64,000 nucleotides of DNA from NCBI RefSeq assembly GCF_963921235.1, contig NC_086108.1:49974001-50038000 (forward strand), given 5' to 3'. Origin of the DNA: Mobula hypostoma. Lineage: Eukaryota. Of the stretch, positions 13,481-27,023 are shown piece by piece. The position numbers were made by a program, and so were the translations under genes. The number at the start of each line of letters is the position of its first letter. The first letter of the stretch is position 1. The notes below the pieces were generated by a model. That model worked only from the letters and a program-made list of their open reading frames with translations. It ran no database searches and was not told the origin of the DNA.

Positions 13481-14122
13481 TCCTCACCTGGTATTATTTG
13501 CTAAATTTCTGATAACCTTTACCTCCTATGTTCTCCTTTTTCTCTCCTTCATATCCTAATGTAGTCTCTTTGTCCATACCCCCTCCAGCTCCTCACCACC
13601 CATTTTATCCCTCCTCTTCCAGCAGCCTTCTACCCTGTCCTTTTATTTTCTTTTCCTGTTTTCACCTATTACCACCTACCTGTGTCTCCTAACTTCACCC
13701 CTTCCTCTCCAAAACTTGGCTTCATCTGCTCCAGAGGGAGGAGAGAGCTACAGGAGCCAGTGGGTGATAGACCAAGGAACAGTGAAGGATAGATCACGTG
13801 CTATGATGCGGGGTCTTGACCTGAAACTGTGACAATTTCTTTCCAGCCACAGATGCAGCTCGACCCATTGAGTTCCTCCAGCTGTTTGGTTTACTTGCTC
13901 TGGATTCCAGCATCCGCAGTCTCTTGTGTCTCCAGGCAAACTGGTGTGTTGGTGGAAGGAAACAGAGGGCCCTCAGACCATCCTTGTTTGGAAAGGCGGG
14001 TGAAAGGTTTGTACATCCATGGCGAAAATAGGGCTGGGTGATTTGTTTACTCTCTTTCACAGTTCTGGCCAAGTATCTTTGACTTTAAATATTAAATCTC
14101 TTTCTCTTTCCACAAATGCAGC

Positions 14123-14774
14123 ACGTGCAGCCTCTCCAGTGAATGATATCTGTAATCTGTCAAGTAGGGGACCGTGCACAATTCTGATTTGATGGAGACA
14201 GACGAGAGAGTACGGAGGAACATCTGGAGAAACTTCTGAAATGCTCGCTTCGCTGCCGCTGCTACTGTGTGGTAACTGGAATCTCCGGAGCAGAAGGCCC
14301 CGAATCCTCGGCTTTGCTTGCTTCGGCGGCCGGGGCTAAGTCGAAGGCGCTCAGCAGAGGATGGCACTCGGGAGGCTGTATCGGAGGGGCTGGTCAGAGG
14401 CTCGAAGTTTTCAGATGGACGGATTCGGTTTCGGCTGTGGTCGGCTGCTTCCAAGGCATCAGCAGTTGTCGGTGCCTTGGAGTTTTATGGCAGGGAGTTT
14501 CTCCCTTTTGCCGCCTGCTATCGGGGACTCGGGAGTCGATCGGGACTTGAGACTTTTTTTTACCATGCCCATAGTCTGTTCTTTATCAAATTATGGTATT
14601 GTTTTGCACTGCTGTAACTATATGTTATAATTATGTGGTTCTGTCAGTGTTAGTCTTTGGTTTGTCTTGTTTTCTGTGATACCACTCAGGAGAAACATTG
14701 TATCATTTCTTAATGCATATATGCATTTCTAAATGACAATAAAAGAGGACTGAGTGTTCTCATAATCTAAAAAA
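14123..14774 (+). mobile_element. Non-coding ~650-bp retroelement, copy 1 (slightly 5'-truncated)
   Basis: Colinear with 27024-27687. 9-bp direct repeat AAATGCAGC at 14114-14122 and 14775-14783. 3' end is AATAAA, stem-loop, TAATCTAA and an A-run. Confidence 0.85.
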
Positions 14775-16688
14775 AAATGCAGCCAGGTGCTATGTGTATT
14801 TCTAGCATTTTGTTTGTATTTCAGAATTCCAGCATGTGTTTCATTTTAATCATGTTATGCAAGTATTTTGCAAGAAATAAATTCTGTAGATTTTTATTGG
14901 ATGCAGTGACCCTAAATATTTAGGAACATATGCTGTATATTATATTAAGGAATATATTAAATTTCAACAGATCTATTATTTTTGTACACCAAAGAAATGC
15001 ATATACTTCCACCCAAATTAGTGTGAATAGTTAACTTTAAGAATGGTGGTAAATTGTCCTGGCATTGTAAGTAATGTTACCCATTTCAGGAACATATTTA
15101 TTTTAGGGACGTTTAAGACGTGCTAGGGAAGGATGTAAACTTGTCCCAGTGTGAGAAGAAGTTTATCAAGGTTAATTGTTAAGAGCAATTTATGTGAAGA
15201 CGGATGCAAAGGAACGATGCAGTTTCAATTGATTAAAAAAAACAAATGGCTGGAGAAACACAGCATCTGTGGAGGCAGTGAGTAAGTTGTGGTTTCAGGT
15301 TGAGATCCTGCAGTCCTGATGTTCCAGTTGATAATACTGTGTGAACGTACAAATTCACAATAGGTCATCTAATTTTCCAGTGCGAAAGATTCAGGGATAT
15401 GTCCAAAATACATCACTTGAATGGTGGATTTTGATTCCTAGCGCTGATGATATACCTTCACTTGGACTGACAGAATGTGGGTGCCTGTACTCTCGTGACA
15501 AGTACATAATATGTCACCAGATGCTATGGACAATGGCAATCTGTTCACTAGAGTTTGAGTTTGGCAGCAGGTGGCTCATTTTAATTACCGGAAGGGTCCA
15601 GAGGCTCACATTTCTGTGTTTCCTACTGTTAACACTGGTTATGAGGGATGTCTTAGTATTTATTTATAATTTAGGTGTTCTATATCTTCTATTGACTGAA
15701 TTAGAAATATAATAGAGTCTGCGCTACTTCGTAACTTTCTTATTTAAATAATGGACAGATAGGTGTGAAGAATGCCTTGTGTGAAAGGGACCCCTTTTGC
15801 ATTTTGCAAACTGAATTCACTACTTCATTGAAGTACAGTATACAAAAAAAGTGCTACAATGTTTAATCTGCCTTCTGCCGGAAATCTACGGTTGCTTTCT
15901 TTTTAGCATTAACGTAGAGGCAAAGTGAAAGTTCTGACCACTTCATATACTGCCCCATTTCTTCTTCCTCACCCTCCACACCTCATTCCCAGCCTCACTC
16001 CAAACATGCTTTTTTGGCACACCAAATGAAGGGGGAAATGCTTGAGAACTCTCCTATATATTTAAACAATTCAGCCCTGTGATTTGTAGCAGAGCACGTT
16101 TCAGTGACAGTGCATGCTGGAAATTCTCCTCTAGTCCAAATCCGAACTCCCTCTGCTTCAGCAGGAATTTTAGCTTTCAAGACTGGCTATATATTTCCAC
16201 CTCTGTTTAGACAACAAAGAAGATCTGTGCGTCTGGCCCTCAGGTCTGTACATTTATATTTTGCTGGTTTTGAATTATGACTCTATGCACCATATCACAC
16301 TGCAATAAATTACCTGGATGTTGTTTAATCAATTCCCTATTAACTATGTTGTTTTCTCATAAAACTAAGCAATAAATCATATTTGTGGAAATAGAGATAA
16401 AAAACTAAATTAATGCAGCATAGAAAATGCTAGTGGTTACGATAAATACGAGCTTGCATTTTTCTCTGAACAGTGTGCTTCCAGATTTGGGTTTTTAGGA
16501 GGCACCGTGCAATGGAGGACATTGTCTTTCCCTTTCCTTGTCTCTCTTAGCTGCATAATCTATGTTAGAGTTTAGACTGTTGGTCCAAATCATGTCAGTT
16601 TTCTATTAAAGCTGCACGTATAACAGGGTGAAAGGTTATAAAAACATGTCCAAAAATGACAATTCACCTTAACAACAAAGGCCTTATG

Positions 16689-17313
16689 CAGACATCTCAC
16701 CCTGCAAAAACTCATTTCAGGGAGGTAGCACCATCAATTTGCGGGAGACTTCCGGGAGAGGTGGGATGTCTGCAATAGAGTAGATCCTTAGCAGCTGGCC
16801 AGCTAGTTTAAATAATGTTCGCTATGCTAATGAACGAATGACACCTGTTAAACTCACCTCAACATGTCTTTTACATTCCTAACCCACCATGGGCAATAGA
16901 AAAGTCACTGTTGCAAACAGCGCTGTGAGCAACACTGTCATTATTTTGACCTCTATTAGGCAGGGGTACACTTTAGTGTAGTCTGGGGTGACGTACGTTT
17001 TATTTTTTTTTGGAACACTCTACAATGGCGCACTCTCGCTCGCGCACGCTCTCTCTCTTTCGTCGCTCATGCGCTCTCAAGCGCTCTCGCTTGCTTCCTC
17101 TCTCGCTCGCTCTCTCTCCCTCTCTCGCTTGCTTTCTCGCTCGCTTGCGCACTCGCTTACCTTCACTCTTGCTCTCGCGCTCTCTCTTGCTTTTCTCTCG
17201 CTTGCTCTCAAAAAAATTGATTTCCGTGATATTGTATATAATTTGCGGGCATCAGGGAGCCACTATTAATATGCGGGAGACTCCCGGAAGTTCTGGGAGA
17301 GTTGGGATGTCTG
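16689..17313. mobile_element. Non-autonomous TIR DNA transposon (hAT-like?) with a duplicated right end and an internal CT/CG-rich microsatellite
   Basis: Termini CAGACATCTCA...TGGGATGTCTG; flanks CCTTATG/CTTTATG; second right end at 16741-16772; simple repeat at ~17030-17210. Confidence 0.7.
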
Positions 17314-17982
17314 CTTTATGTATAAATGACCAGCGACCCATGCTTTCAGAACTGAAAATTTCCCATCTTGTATTCCTTTCCTTGTCTGAGTTCCAGGATG
17401 TGGACTGAGCTACAGAAGAGGGAAATGGGGAAATCAGGATCAGGACAGACGTTTTGGAAGAAATATGGAGACTGCGATTGGGACCAGAATCTTGGAAGAA
17501 ATTGGGAGCTGGAGAATGAGTTCAGCATCTTGGAGATTGTCAAGAGCACAACTGGCAACAGTATTTGTGCAATTTGTTCAGGGATATCAAAGATCAGTGG
17601 TTGGAAATACTGACTGGGGAATAAGGCACTGGCAATGAGATATTTCAGAGTGGGAAGAAGATCAGGGGGCAGCATTTTCTTCGGTGTAGGTTGAAGGAGT
17701 GTGTATGTGAAATCAATGGATTCAGAAACCTTATATTGGGATGTCGTTTGGGCAAGAAGTCGGATATGTTGTTATACAGACGAGAGATGAAGTGTGCATT
17801 GGGCAGAGTTGGCAATGCAAGGAGAGGGACGGTGAGCCACAGATAAAAATAAATCACTCACTCACCAGGTTGGTATTCCAGTCTGACACCATGCTGGAAA
17901 TGTCCCATAAAATGTTGCTGCTTCAAGCAGAGCCCAACTTTGACTGAGAAAGAGCCCCAACTCATGCTGCTTTTTCCATCAA

Positions 17983-18172
17983 AAAGAACTATAGTCTCTC
18001 ACAAAACGATTATTAAATGATTGGAGGATTTTTGGCTTTATCTAATCTGTGAACTGAGTCATACAAATTGGAGGAAAGACTATTGTGTCTCACAAAATGA
18101 TTATTAAGTGATTGGAGAATTTTTGGCTTTATCTAATCTGTGGACTGAGTCATACAAGTTGGGGGAAAGACT
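17983..18172. repeat. Tandem duplication, 91-bp unit, about 2 copies
   Basis: CTCACAAAA..ATTATTAA...CTGAGTCATACAA starts at 17998 and again at 18089. Confidence 0.9.
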
Positions 18173-18715
18173 GTTGATGTGCACTAGGTGGTAGTATGCA
18201 AGCACTAAATGGAGCCAGAGAAGCACTCAAAGGACAGGTGCCATGGAAGGGAGATGGAAAAAAATAGGTGCATCAGTGGAGAGAGCGAAGGAGGGAGTAG
18301 CAGAAGCGAACTTGTTATTGCTGGTGTCTGCAATTTATTTGTAAACGTTCAATGAGATAACTACAAAATCTTCAAATGTAACAAAAGAAAATGCATGATT
18401 AATGGCAAGCACTCTGAAATATCTTTACTATTCTGCATTTCAATCTAACTACAGGGCCCTGCACTTCAAGTCATTTCTGATGTTTTTTAATTTCATTGCT
18501 ATTGGTTAGTATCACATGTGTACAAAATACTCATAAAAAAAGGGGATGTAAGGGCACATGGATGGGATCAGGTTGGACATGCAATAAAGATTCCATTATG
18601 GTAAAGAAGGTTTCATTATAAAAGGATTCCATTGTAGTTAAGTACACTCCATTATATTTTCACTGGCTGCAGGAACTCATCTGCTCTAAGGACTAAAGTC
18701 TATTTTTAAATGGGC

Positions 18716-18999
18716 TTATTTATTTAAAGATACAACATGGAACAGGCCCTTCCGGCCCAACAAGTCGCACTGTCCAGCAACCCACCTAATTAACCCTGAC
18801 CTAATCACAGGACAATTTACAATGACCAATTAACCCACTAACCGATACATCTTTGGGCTGTGGGAGGAAACAGGAGCACCTGGAGGAAACCCCAGCAGTC
18901 ACAGGGAGAACACACAAACTCCTTACAAATGGCGCCAGAAATGTAACACCCCAAGCTGTAGTAGCGTTGCACTAACTGCTATGCTACTGTGGCACCCCC
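18716..18999 (-). mobile_element. tRNA-derived V-SINE (HE1-like) with CR1-type tail
   Basis: V-domain-like TGTGGGAGGAAACAGGAGCACCTGGAGGAAACCC; A-box-like head GTAGCATAGCAGTTAG on minus; tail shares ACAGGCCCTT.CGGCCCA with CR1 3' ends. Confidence 0.8.
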
Positions 19000-20264
19000 A
19001 ATATTTTCATTCTTAGCTTTAGGCTAACATAACCAATAGCACTTGTTAAATGGTTACACATTTATTTTACTGATGCAGTCTCATATAACATACAGAATTT
19101 TCTTATGATAAAAAACATTGTTTCTCACGGGGTACTTCAGACAGAGAGGAACTTTTATCAGAACAAACATAAATCATAAGTTCTTCCAAAATTATCTTAA
19201 TTTTCTTTTCCATTTTACTTTTCTTGTTGAAGTATACGTAAGCATTTTCAAACAGTCATATGTTGGAAAAGTAGCACAAACCTGTGCAGTGATCATTCCG
19301 ATAAATCATGATCATATCGGAGGTGACTGATTAAAACTGGAAGCTGAAACTGGGAAATATGAAGGTTTTTATTCAGACAGCAGACCTCCAGGAGAGAGAA
19401 AGTCCAGAAAAATCCAAGAGAATCTCACCCTCCTGACACAATGTTTAATACTTTTAACACAAAGATAACAATAAATGATTAACTACTGTTTCAATTTCTA
19501 TAATCACCTATTAATTCTAAAGTTTGGAATATAGTCAGGTCAATTTTCAAATTAACATAATTTATAATGGTGGCACATCCCAACTAGCAGAACTCCAGAC
19601 CCTCAAAATATACCACTTTCGTTCGTTGTTCAGAGTGGGCCTATTCTGAACAATGTGTTAATAGCAGGAACATTCATCTATTGTCTTCCCCAATGTAGTT
19701 TCAGTGTAACAGAATCAGGCTGTCCCACAACCCTTGATTGTTTCACTAGCCACAAAATATCCGTTGGAAGTTAAGGTTTTATTTTCTGAAGACTGGTTCT
19801 CATTTTAGTTCATTCATATTTATGCCATCCAACACTGTTCATCCTCCCAATAATGATCCCTAACAAAATCATTCTATTATTTAGGAAGAGACAAATGTTT
19901 GCAATACAAAAGAAAATGGAATAAATAGCTAGATATATTGCTATGATCCAATGGTAAACAATACTTACCCCACAATTTTCCTCATCCTCCCGATAGTAGT
20001 CCTTCATTGGATACAACTTTCACCAACACAGCACCTTGCGAGTCCTCTTACTGAATTAACAGTTTCCTGCCATTGTTGGTTGTCCAAAACTTCTACGGGT
20101 GGGAAAGTAATTTCAGTATCAGAGCACTACAAAAGCAGATTATGTTACTTACATTTGACAAATATGATTTTGATATTGAGCCATGCATTTTAAGAACTTA
20201 AGAAATGGGAACAGGAAGTGCCTCAAATCTGCTCCACGATTCAGTAAGAACAAGGCTGACTTGG

Positions 20265-20975
20265 TTTATTTTATTTTTTAGGGACACCACGTGGAATAGG
20301 CCCTTATGGGCCTTCAAGCTGCACTGCCCAGCAACTCCCAACATCACTGGTTTAACCCTTACCTAATCATGGAACAGTTTACAATGACCAAGTAACCTAC
20401 CCGGTATGTCTTTGGACTGTGGGAGGAAACCAGAGGACCTGGGAAAAACCTACGCATTCCACTGGGAGGAGCTACAGAAACAATTTATAAACTCAGGAAA
20501 GTCTGCAGATGCTGGAATACAAAGCAACACACAAAAAATGCTGGAGGAACTCAATAGATCAGGCAGTATCTATGAAAATGGATAGATAGCTGATGTTTCG
20601 GGCCAAGACCTTTCTTCAGGACTGAGATGGAAGGGGAAGATGCTGGAATAGAAAGGTGGACATTTTACTTCTTCTCACTTGTCTATCGCTTCCCTCCGGG
20701 TCCCTTCCTCCTTCCCTTTCACCTAGATCTACTCTCCTGTCCAATCAGATTACTTCTACTCTACCCCTTGACCTTTCCCACCCTATTGGTTTCACCTTCC
20801 AGCTAACCTCCTTCCCCTCTTCCTACCTTTCTATTCCAGCAACATCCCCCTGCCGCCTGAACTGCTGAGATCCCCCAGTGTTTTAACAGCAACTCCTTAC
20901 ATAGGATGCCAAGATTGAACTCCAAACGCTGATGCCCCGAGCTGCAAAAGCATTGTGCCAACCGCTGCGCCATCA
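20265..20975 (-). mobile_element. V-SINE interrupted by a Penelope-like terminal fragment (~20487-20865)
   Basis: SINE body 20265-20480 resumes at AACTCCTTACA (~20891). The insert has the CTGCAGATGCTGG...CTGGAGGAACTCA repeat and a hammerhead-like motif. Confidence 0.75.
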
Positions 20976-21129
20976 CAATCTTGATTTTAATCCAGTTCCC
21001 ATAAACCTTACTCCCCTGTAGGCTAAACACTTGTTTGTTTCATCTTTGCGTATATTCAGTATCTTCATTTTTACAGCTTTCTAAGGTAAATAATTACAAA
21101 AATACATAATCTGTGAAGAAAAATTCTCA

Positions 21130-21400
21130 CAGTCATAGAGCACTATAGCACAGAACAGGCCTTTCAGCCCATCTAGCCCATGCTGAACTGTAATCTGCCT
21201 AGTCCCATCAACCTGCACCTGGGCTATCACCCTCAATATCCATCCCATCTACTGTATAGTATGTACTTATCCAAATTTCTCTTAAATGTTGTTATCGAGC
21301 CTACATCCATCACTTCTGCTGGCAGCTCGTTCCACACTTGCACGACCCTCTGAGAGGAGAAGTTCCCCCTTAGGTTCCCCGTAAATATTTCACCTTTAAT
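21130..21400 (-). mobile_element. Older CR1 3'-end fragment
   Basis: CATAGAGCAC...ACAGGCCTTTCAGCCCA tail and decayed ORF2 end. Confidence 0.7.
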
Positions 21401-21774
21401 TTAAATTTAGTCCACTTCTTTTGTTCTAGGTTCCCCCCGAGGGGAAACTTCTCCTCAACGTCTATTTTGTCCTGATCCCTGCAGAATTCGGACCCAGCCT
21501 GTTAAACCTTTTATCGTGACTCCACAACTTCAGCTTTGGAGCTAACGTAGTGCTTAACTCTTGATTATTTCACAAAATATCTCCGCTTCATCAATGCTGC
21601 GTTAGGTTAACACCTAGCACTGCTTATCAAGTTCTAGTGTCAGAAAGCTCTACTTACGTCTTGCACCTCCACACTTTTTTTTGCCATCTGCAGGTCTGAC
21701 AAAATATTTTCTAACATATTCATGTTCTTCATGAGAGTTGCATTAAGATCACATGTACCTGGGCAATTTCTTGT

Positions 21775-24460
21775 CCATAAGACCATAAGACCATAACACC
21801 ATAACACCATAACACCATAAGATATAGGAGCAAAATTAGGCTATTTGACCCATCATGGCCGATCCAATTTTCCTCTCAGCCCCAATCTCCTGCCTTCTGC
21901 CCGTATCTCTACACGCCCTGACCAATCAAGTATCTATCAATCTCTGCCTCAAATTTTCATAAAGGCTTGGCCTCCACAGAGATTCAGCACTCTCTGGCGA
22001 AAGAAATTCTTCCTCATTTCCATTCTAAAGACGCCCCTCTATTCTGAGGTTGTGTCCTCTGGTCTTAGACTCTCACATACATAAGAAACAGCCTCACCAC
22101 ATCCACTCTATCAAGGCCTTTCACCATTCATTCGGTTTCAATTAGGTCACCCCTCATTTTTCGGTATTCTAGTGAGTACAGACCCTGAGCTATCAAACAG
22201 TCTTCATATGACCAGCCATTCTATCCTGGAATCATTTTCTTGAACCTCCTTTGGACCCTCTCCAGTTTCAGCACATTCTTACTAAGATAAGGGGCCCAAA
22301 ACTGTTCACAATACTCCAAGTGAGGCATCACCTGTGCTTTATAAAGTCTCAGCATTAAATCCTCCCTTTGTGCTTCAGTTTTTTTGTATTCTCTCTCCAT
22401 TCAGAAAATAGTCAACCCTTTCATTTCATCAACCAAACTGCATGACAATACACTTTCCAACACTGTATTTCATCTGCCATTTTTTTGCCCACTTTCTTAA
22501 TCTATCTAAGGCCTTTTGTAGCCTCCCTACTTCCTCAAAACTACCTGCCCCTCCACCTATCTTCATACCGTCTGCAGGCTTTGCAACAGAACCATCAATC
22601 CATCATCTAAATCATTGATATATAACATTAAAAGAATAGGTCACAACACAGCCCCCTATGGAACATCACTAGTTATTATAGGCAACCAGAAAAGTCTCCC
22701 TTTATTCCCACTCTTTCCCTCTTGCTATCAGCCACTGCTTTATCCATGCTAGAATCTTTCCTGTAATACCATAGGCTTGTAGCTTGTTAAGCAGCCTTAT
22801 ATGTGGCTTTCTGAAAATCCAAGTACACATCATCAACTGATTCTCCTTTGTATATCCTGCTTGTTATTTCTCTGAAGAATTCCAACAGGTTTGTCAGGCA
22901 AGATTTTCCCTTGCGAAATCCATGCTGACTACAGCCTATTTTATCATATGTTTCCAAGTACCCGGAATCCTCATCCTTAATAAACAACTCCAACATCTTC
23001 CTAACCACTGAGGTCAGACTAGCTGGCCTATAATTTCTTTTCTTCTGCCTCTTTCCCTTCTTGAAGAGTGGAGTGACATTTGCAATTGTCTAGTCTTCCA
23101 GAACCATTCCAGAATCTAGTGATTCATGAAAGGTCATTACTAATGCTTCCACAATCTCTTTAGCCACCTCTTTCAGAACCCTGGGATGTACACCATCTGG
23201 TCCCGGTGACTTATTTACTTTCAGACCTTTCAGTTTCCCAAGAACCTTTTCTAGTAATAGTAACTTCATACACTTCATGACCCCTGACACCTGGAACTTC
23301 CACCGTACTGCTAGTGTCTTCCACAGTGATGTTCTACGAGTCTGTGGTAGCCAGTTCTATCATGTTTGCTGTTGTGTGCTGGGGCAGCGGACACCAACAG
23401 AATCAACAAACTCATTCATAAGGCCAGTGATGTTGTGGGGATGGAACTGGACTCTCTCACGGTGGTGTCTGAAAAGAGGATGCTGTCTAAGTTGCATGCC
23501 ATCTTGGACAATGTCTCCCATCCACTACATAATGTACTGGTTGTGCACAGGAGTACATTCAGCCAGAGACTCATTCCACCGAGATGCAGCACAGAGCGTC
23601 ATAGAAAGTCATTCCTGCCTGTGGCCATCAAACTTTACAACTCCTCCCTCGGAGGGTCAGACACCCTGAGCCAATAGGCTGGTCCTGGACTTACTTCGTC
23701 ATTTACTGGCATAATTTACATATTACTATTTAACTATTTATGGTTCTATTACTATTTATTATTTATGGTGCAACTGTAACGAAAACCAGTTTCCCCTGGG
23801 ATCAATAAAGTATGACTATGACTATGACTATGAGTGAAGAATTTCTCTGTCACCCATTACTACCTCTCCAACATTGTTTTCCACCAATATCCACTCACCT
23901 CTCATTTACACTTTTTGTATCTGAAGAAAGTTTTGGTTTAATATTACCGTCTAGCTTACTTTCGTATACCATCTTTACCTTCACAGTGAATTTTTTTAGT
24001 TGCATTCTGTTGTTTTTTTGAAAGTTTCCCAATCCTCTAGCTTTCCACTAATTTTTGCTCTATTATATGCCCTCTCATTGGCTTTTATTTTGGTTTTGAC
24101 TTTTCTTGTTAGCCACAGTTGTGTCATATTGCCTTTAGAATACTTCTTCCTCTTTGGGATGTAATATATCCTAAGCCTTCCGAATTGCTCAAAGAAATTC
24201 CAGCCATTGCTGCTCTGCCATCATCCCTGCCAGTGTTCTTTTCCAATCAATTCTGGCCAACTCCTGTCTCATGCCTCTGTAATTCCCTTTACCCCACTGT
24301 AATACTGGTATAACTGACTTTAGCTTCTTCTCAAATTTCAGGATGAATTAGATCATATTATGATCATTTGTTCTTAAGGGATCTTTTCCCTTAAGCTCTC
24401 TAATCAATTCCGGTTCATTGCACAACACCCAATCCAGAATAGCTGATCCCCTAGTGGGCC
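21775..24460 (-). mobile_element. Degraded CR1 LINE with (CCATAAGA/CCATAACA)n tail, interrupted by Rex1
   Basis: KSPGPDGVHPRVLKE and QHGFRKGKSCLTNLLEFF...VYLDFQKA; 8-mer tail at 21775-21824. Confidence 0.9.
23330..23832 (+). mobile_element. Rex1/Babar LINE 3' fragment nested in CR1
   Basis: TNRINKLIHKASDVVG...HPLH...RHRKSFLPVAIKLYN; (TATGAC)n tail; 5-bp TSD AGTGA at 23325-23329 and 23833-23837. Confidence 0.88.
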
Positions 24461-25874
24461 AAAAAACACTTGACTAGCTAATATGTCTCTGAACACCAAG
24501 CTAGATACCCAGGAGGTTGGCATGGCTACTGGACTATAATCTCTACCTCTGTCAGTCTTCCCGGCATGGCTTTTTAAGTTTCTTCCTGAGAGTCACTGGA
24601 GCATACCTTGGTGGGTGAACCCTACTGCCTTTCATTTGGGACTCCAGGGTAATTATGATTTCCTTGTTCACTGAAAAAAAATTATATCTTCACCAATCAG
24701 TTGCATAAATTAACGTAAATACATCTAATACTGCGCCTTATGTAGAACTGATTACATTGACATTAAGTATATTGTTTCCAACTGCTACTCTGTATCTGGT
24801 TCTAACAGCAGGTCAACTCATCCACCACAAGGACTTTTGATGTTGTCACAATTATGTGCTTTTTGTAGAATTATTTTTCAACCCATTATCTGCATGCATT
24901 TTCAAATGTAGGGCTTTTTTTCACACCTGCAATGTTGCCATCCACATTACTTGCAATACCGAAGCTACATTGGCTTTCCCTGTTCAATCTTTTTGTCTTG
25001 TGTTTCAGCAACTTACTTCATACTGTTGGCATCCAAGGTTAGTAGCCTAGCTTTAGATATCTCCACTACTTTGAGTCAAATTCTACATGCTTCCAGAGTT
25101 ATTATTTCTCACAAAGTAGCTAATCCCTTAGTGTGACTCTGAGATTCCACAGATAATCCAATCACTGTTGAGTGAATTTTTCAAATCTGCAAGGCTAATT
25201 ACCTTCTAGCAATCTTATCTCCATGAAGGAAGTATCAAAGAATTCTCCCCAGTCTTGGTTGCATCTAAAGAACTGATGATGACCAACTTTTTCTAGATGA
25301 ATTACATTGTTTAAAGTCTTTCTGGAGTGGTAAAGTTTACAACCCCTGTGACCATTGAGAATCAGTAATATCTAACTACTCTGGGTTATCTGTCAAAACC
25401 AACTCAATATACAGTACATACAGTGTATACATTTCCTTTGACTTTCTCCAATGTTCAGACAAATAATATTTGTCTGGGAACTTAGTAGCCTGGGTGCATT
25501 CATTTGTTCTATCATATACTTTCAAAACTGCATCTCACTGCTTGTTATCTGCCAATGCGCATACATTTCGATGCACATAGATGCTTTATCTCTGTTGGGG
25601 ACATAAGGCCCAGTGCTCACCAACCAGTGCTACTGGCACCATTACAATGGCATTGGGAAATATTTGTTAATTGAAACTAACAACAAAGATAATTGATTAA
25701 ATAAAACAAAAGCTTAGAATGTCATGACAATATTTCTTCCAGTGGCTTTCTCCCTAGAGTTAGACAACCAATGGAACATCCCACAGCACAGAGAGCAGTT
25801 TGTCATGTGGTAAAATCCTTAAAGTAGTACAGCTATAAGACAGCTAACCATGATTGCTCCCTATCAATATTGCA

Positions 25875-26075
25875 AGTGGTCTAGTGGCACCCACACTGGA
25901 CTTTGAGGTGAGCGGTCCCAGGATCGAATCCAGCCAGCTCCTTGCACGCTTTCCATCTGTGCTGGGTTGGCTGTTGAGCTAGCAACTTTCTCTCATAAAA
26001 AAAAACAGACAAATGCTAAAAGAAACAGTAAGGTTGTCACCCGATGTGGCACAACGTGTGGAAAGGAACGACAAT
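25875..26075 (+). mobile_element. tRNA-derived SINE (family distinct from the V-SINEs)
   Basis: A-box-like GTGGTCTAGTGG and B-box-like GGATCGAATCC at tRNA spacing, followed by an unrelated body. Not a full cloverleaf. Confidence 0.6.
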
Positions 26076-26845
26076 ATTACACAAGACACTTATTATTGGG
26101 AAAGAATCAGGGGTCTCATTGATCTTTTGATATATCAGAGAAGTTCTCTCTCTAATACTGGTCATATTTATTCCTCGACCAACTTCACTAAGCCATAATG
26201 TTTGTCATTTTCTCATTGGTGATTGTGGTACTTCAATACATGAAAATTAGCGGCCGTCTCCTTTATAACAATGCTGACTGAAATTGAAAAGTTACAGAAG
26301 CACTCAGCAGATTATGCTGCATCTGATTTAGAGTCAGTTCAAAACTATTTCATCTGATTGAAGGTGCTTTGGAAAGCTTGGTGTTATAAAAGACACAAAA
26401 TGAATGGAAGAAGTTTTACAATGATATGGAGAGAAGGAGGATCGGAAGGGTTGTCAAAATGTGAGAGATTTATCAGACTTAATGGAATTTTTCTATTCCT
26501 AAATATATTCTTGCTATACTCTGGCTCTTTCCTACAAAGTTGTATTTATAGTTATGAATAAGCACGAGATCCTACAGATGCTGGAAATCCAGAGCAACAC
26601 CTACAAAATGCTGGAGGAACTCAGCAGCTCATGCAACATCTATAGAAATGAATAAACAGTTGATGATTCAGGCCAAGATCCTTCATCAGGCCAGGAAAGG
26701 TGCCAGAATAAGAAAATGGGGCGAGGGGAAGAAGGTGATAGGTGAAGTTAGGTGGGTGGAGGAGGGGTGATGAAGTAAGAAGCTGGCAGGTGATAAGTGG
26801 AAAAGGCAAAGGGCTGAAGAAGAAGGAATCTGATAGGAGAGGTGA

Positions 26846-26986
26846 GGTCCTGGACTTATTTCCTGGCATAATTTACATATTACTATTTAACTATTTATGG
26901 TTTTATTACTATTTAATTATTTATGGTGCAACTGTAACGAAAACCAATTTCCCCCGGGATCAATGAAGTATGACTATGACTATGAC
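26846..26986 (+). mobile_element. Rex1 3'-tail-only copy nested in Penelope
   Basis: Near-identical to 23681-23832, including the (TATGAC)n tail. Confidence 0.85.
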
Positions 26987-27023
26987 GGAAGAAGGGGAAA
27001 ATTACCGGAAGGTGGAGAAGTCA

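Noticed and set aside
16988..17408. Leu/Ser/Arg-rich ORFs
   Set aside because: Translations of a CT/CG microsatellite.
21775..21824. Regular 8-mer array (also TATGAC arrays at 23811 and 26969)
   Set aside because: LINE 3' tails; no spacers, not CRISPR or telomeric repeat.
25875..25945. tRNA-like A/B boxes
   Set aside because: No acceptor stem or full cloverleaf; treated as a SINE head, not a tRNA gene.
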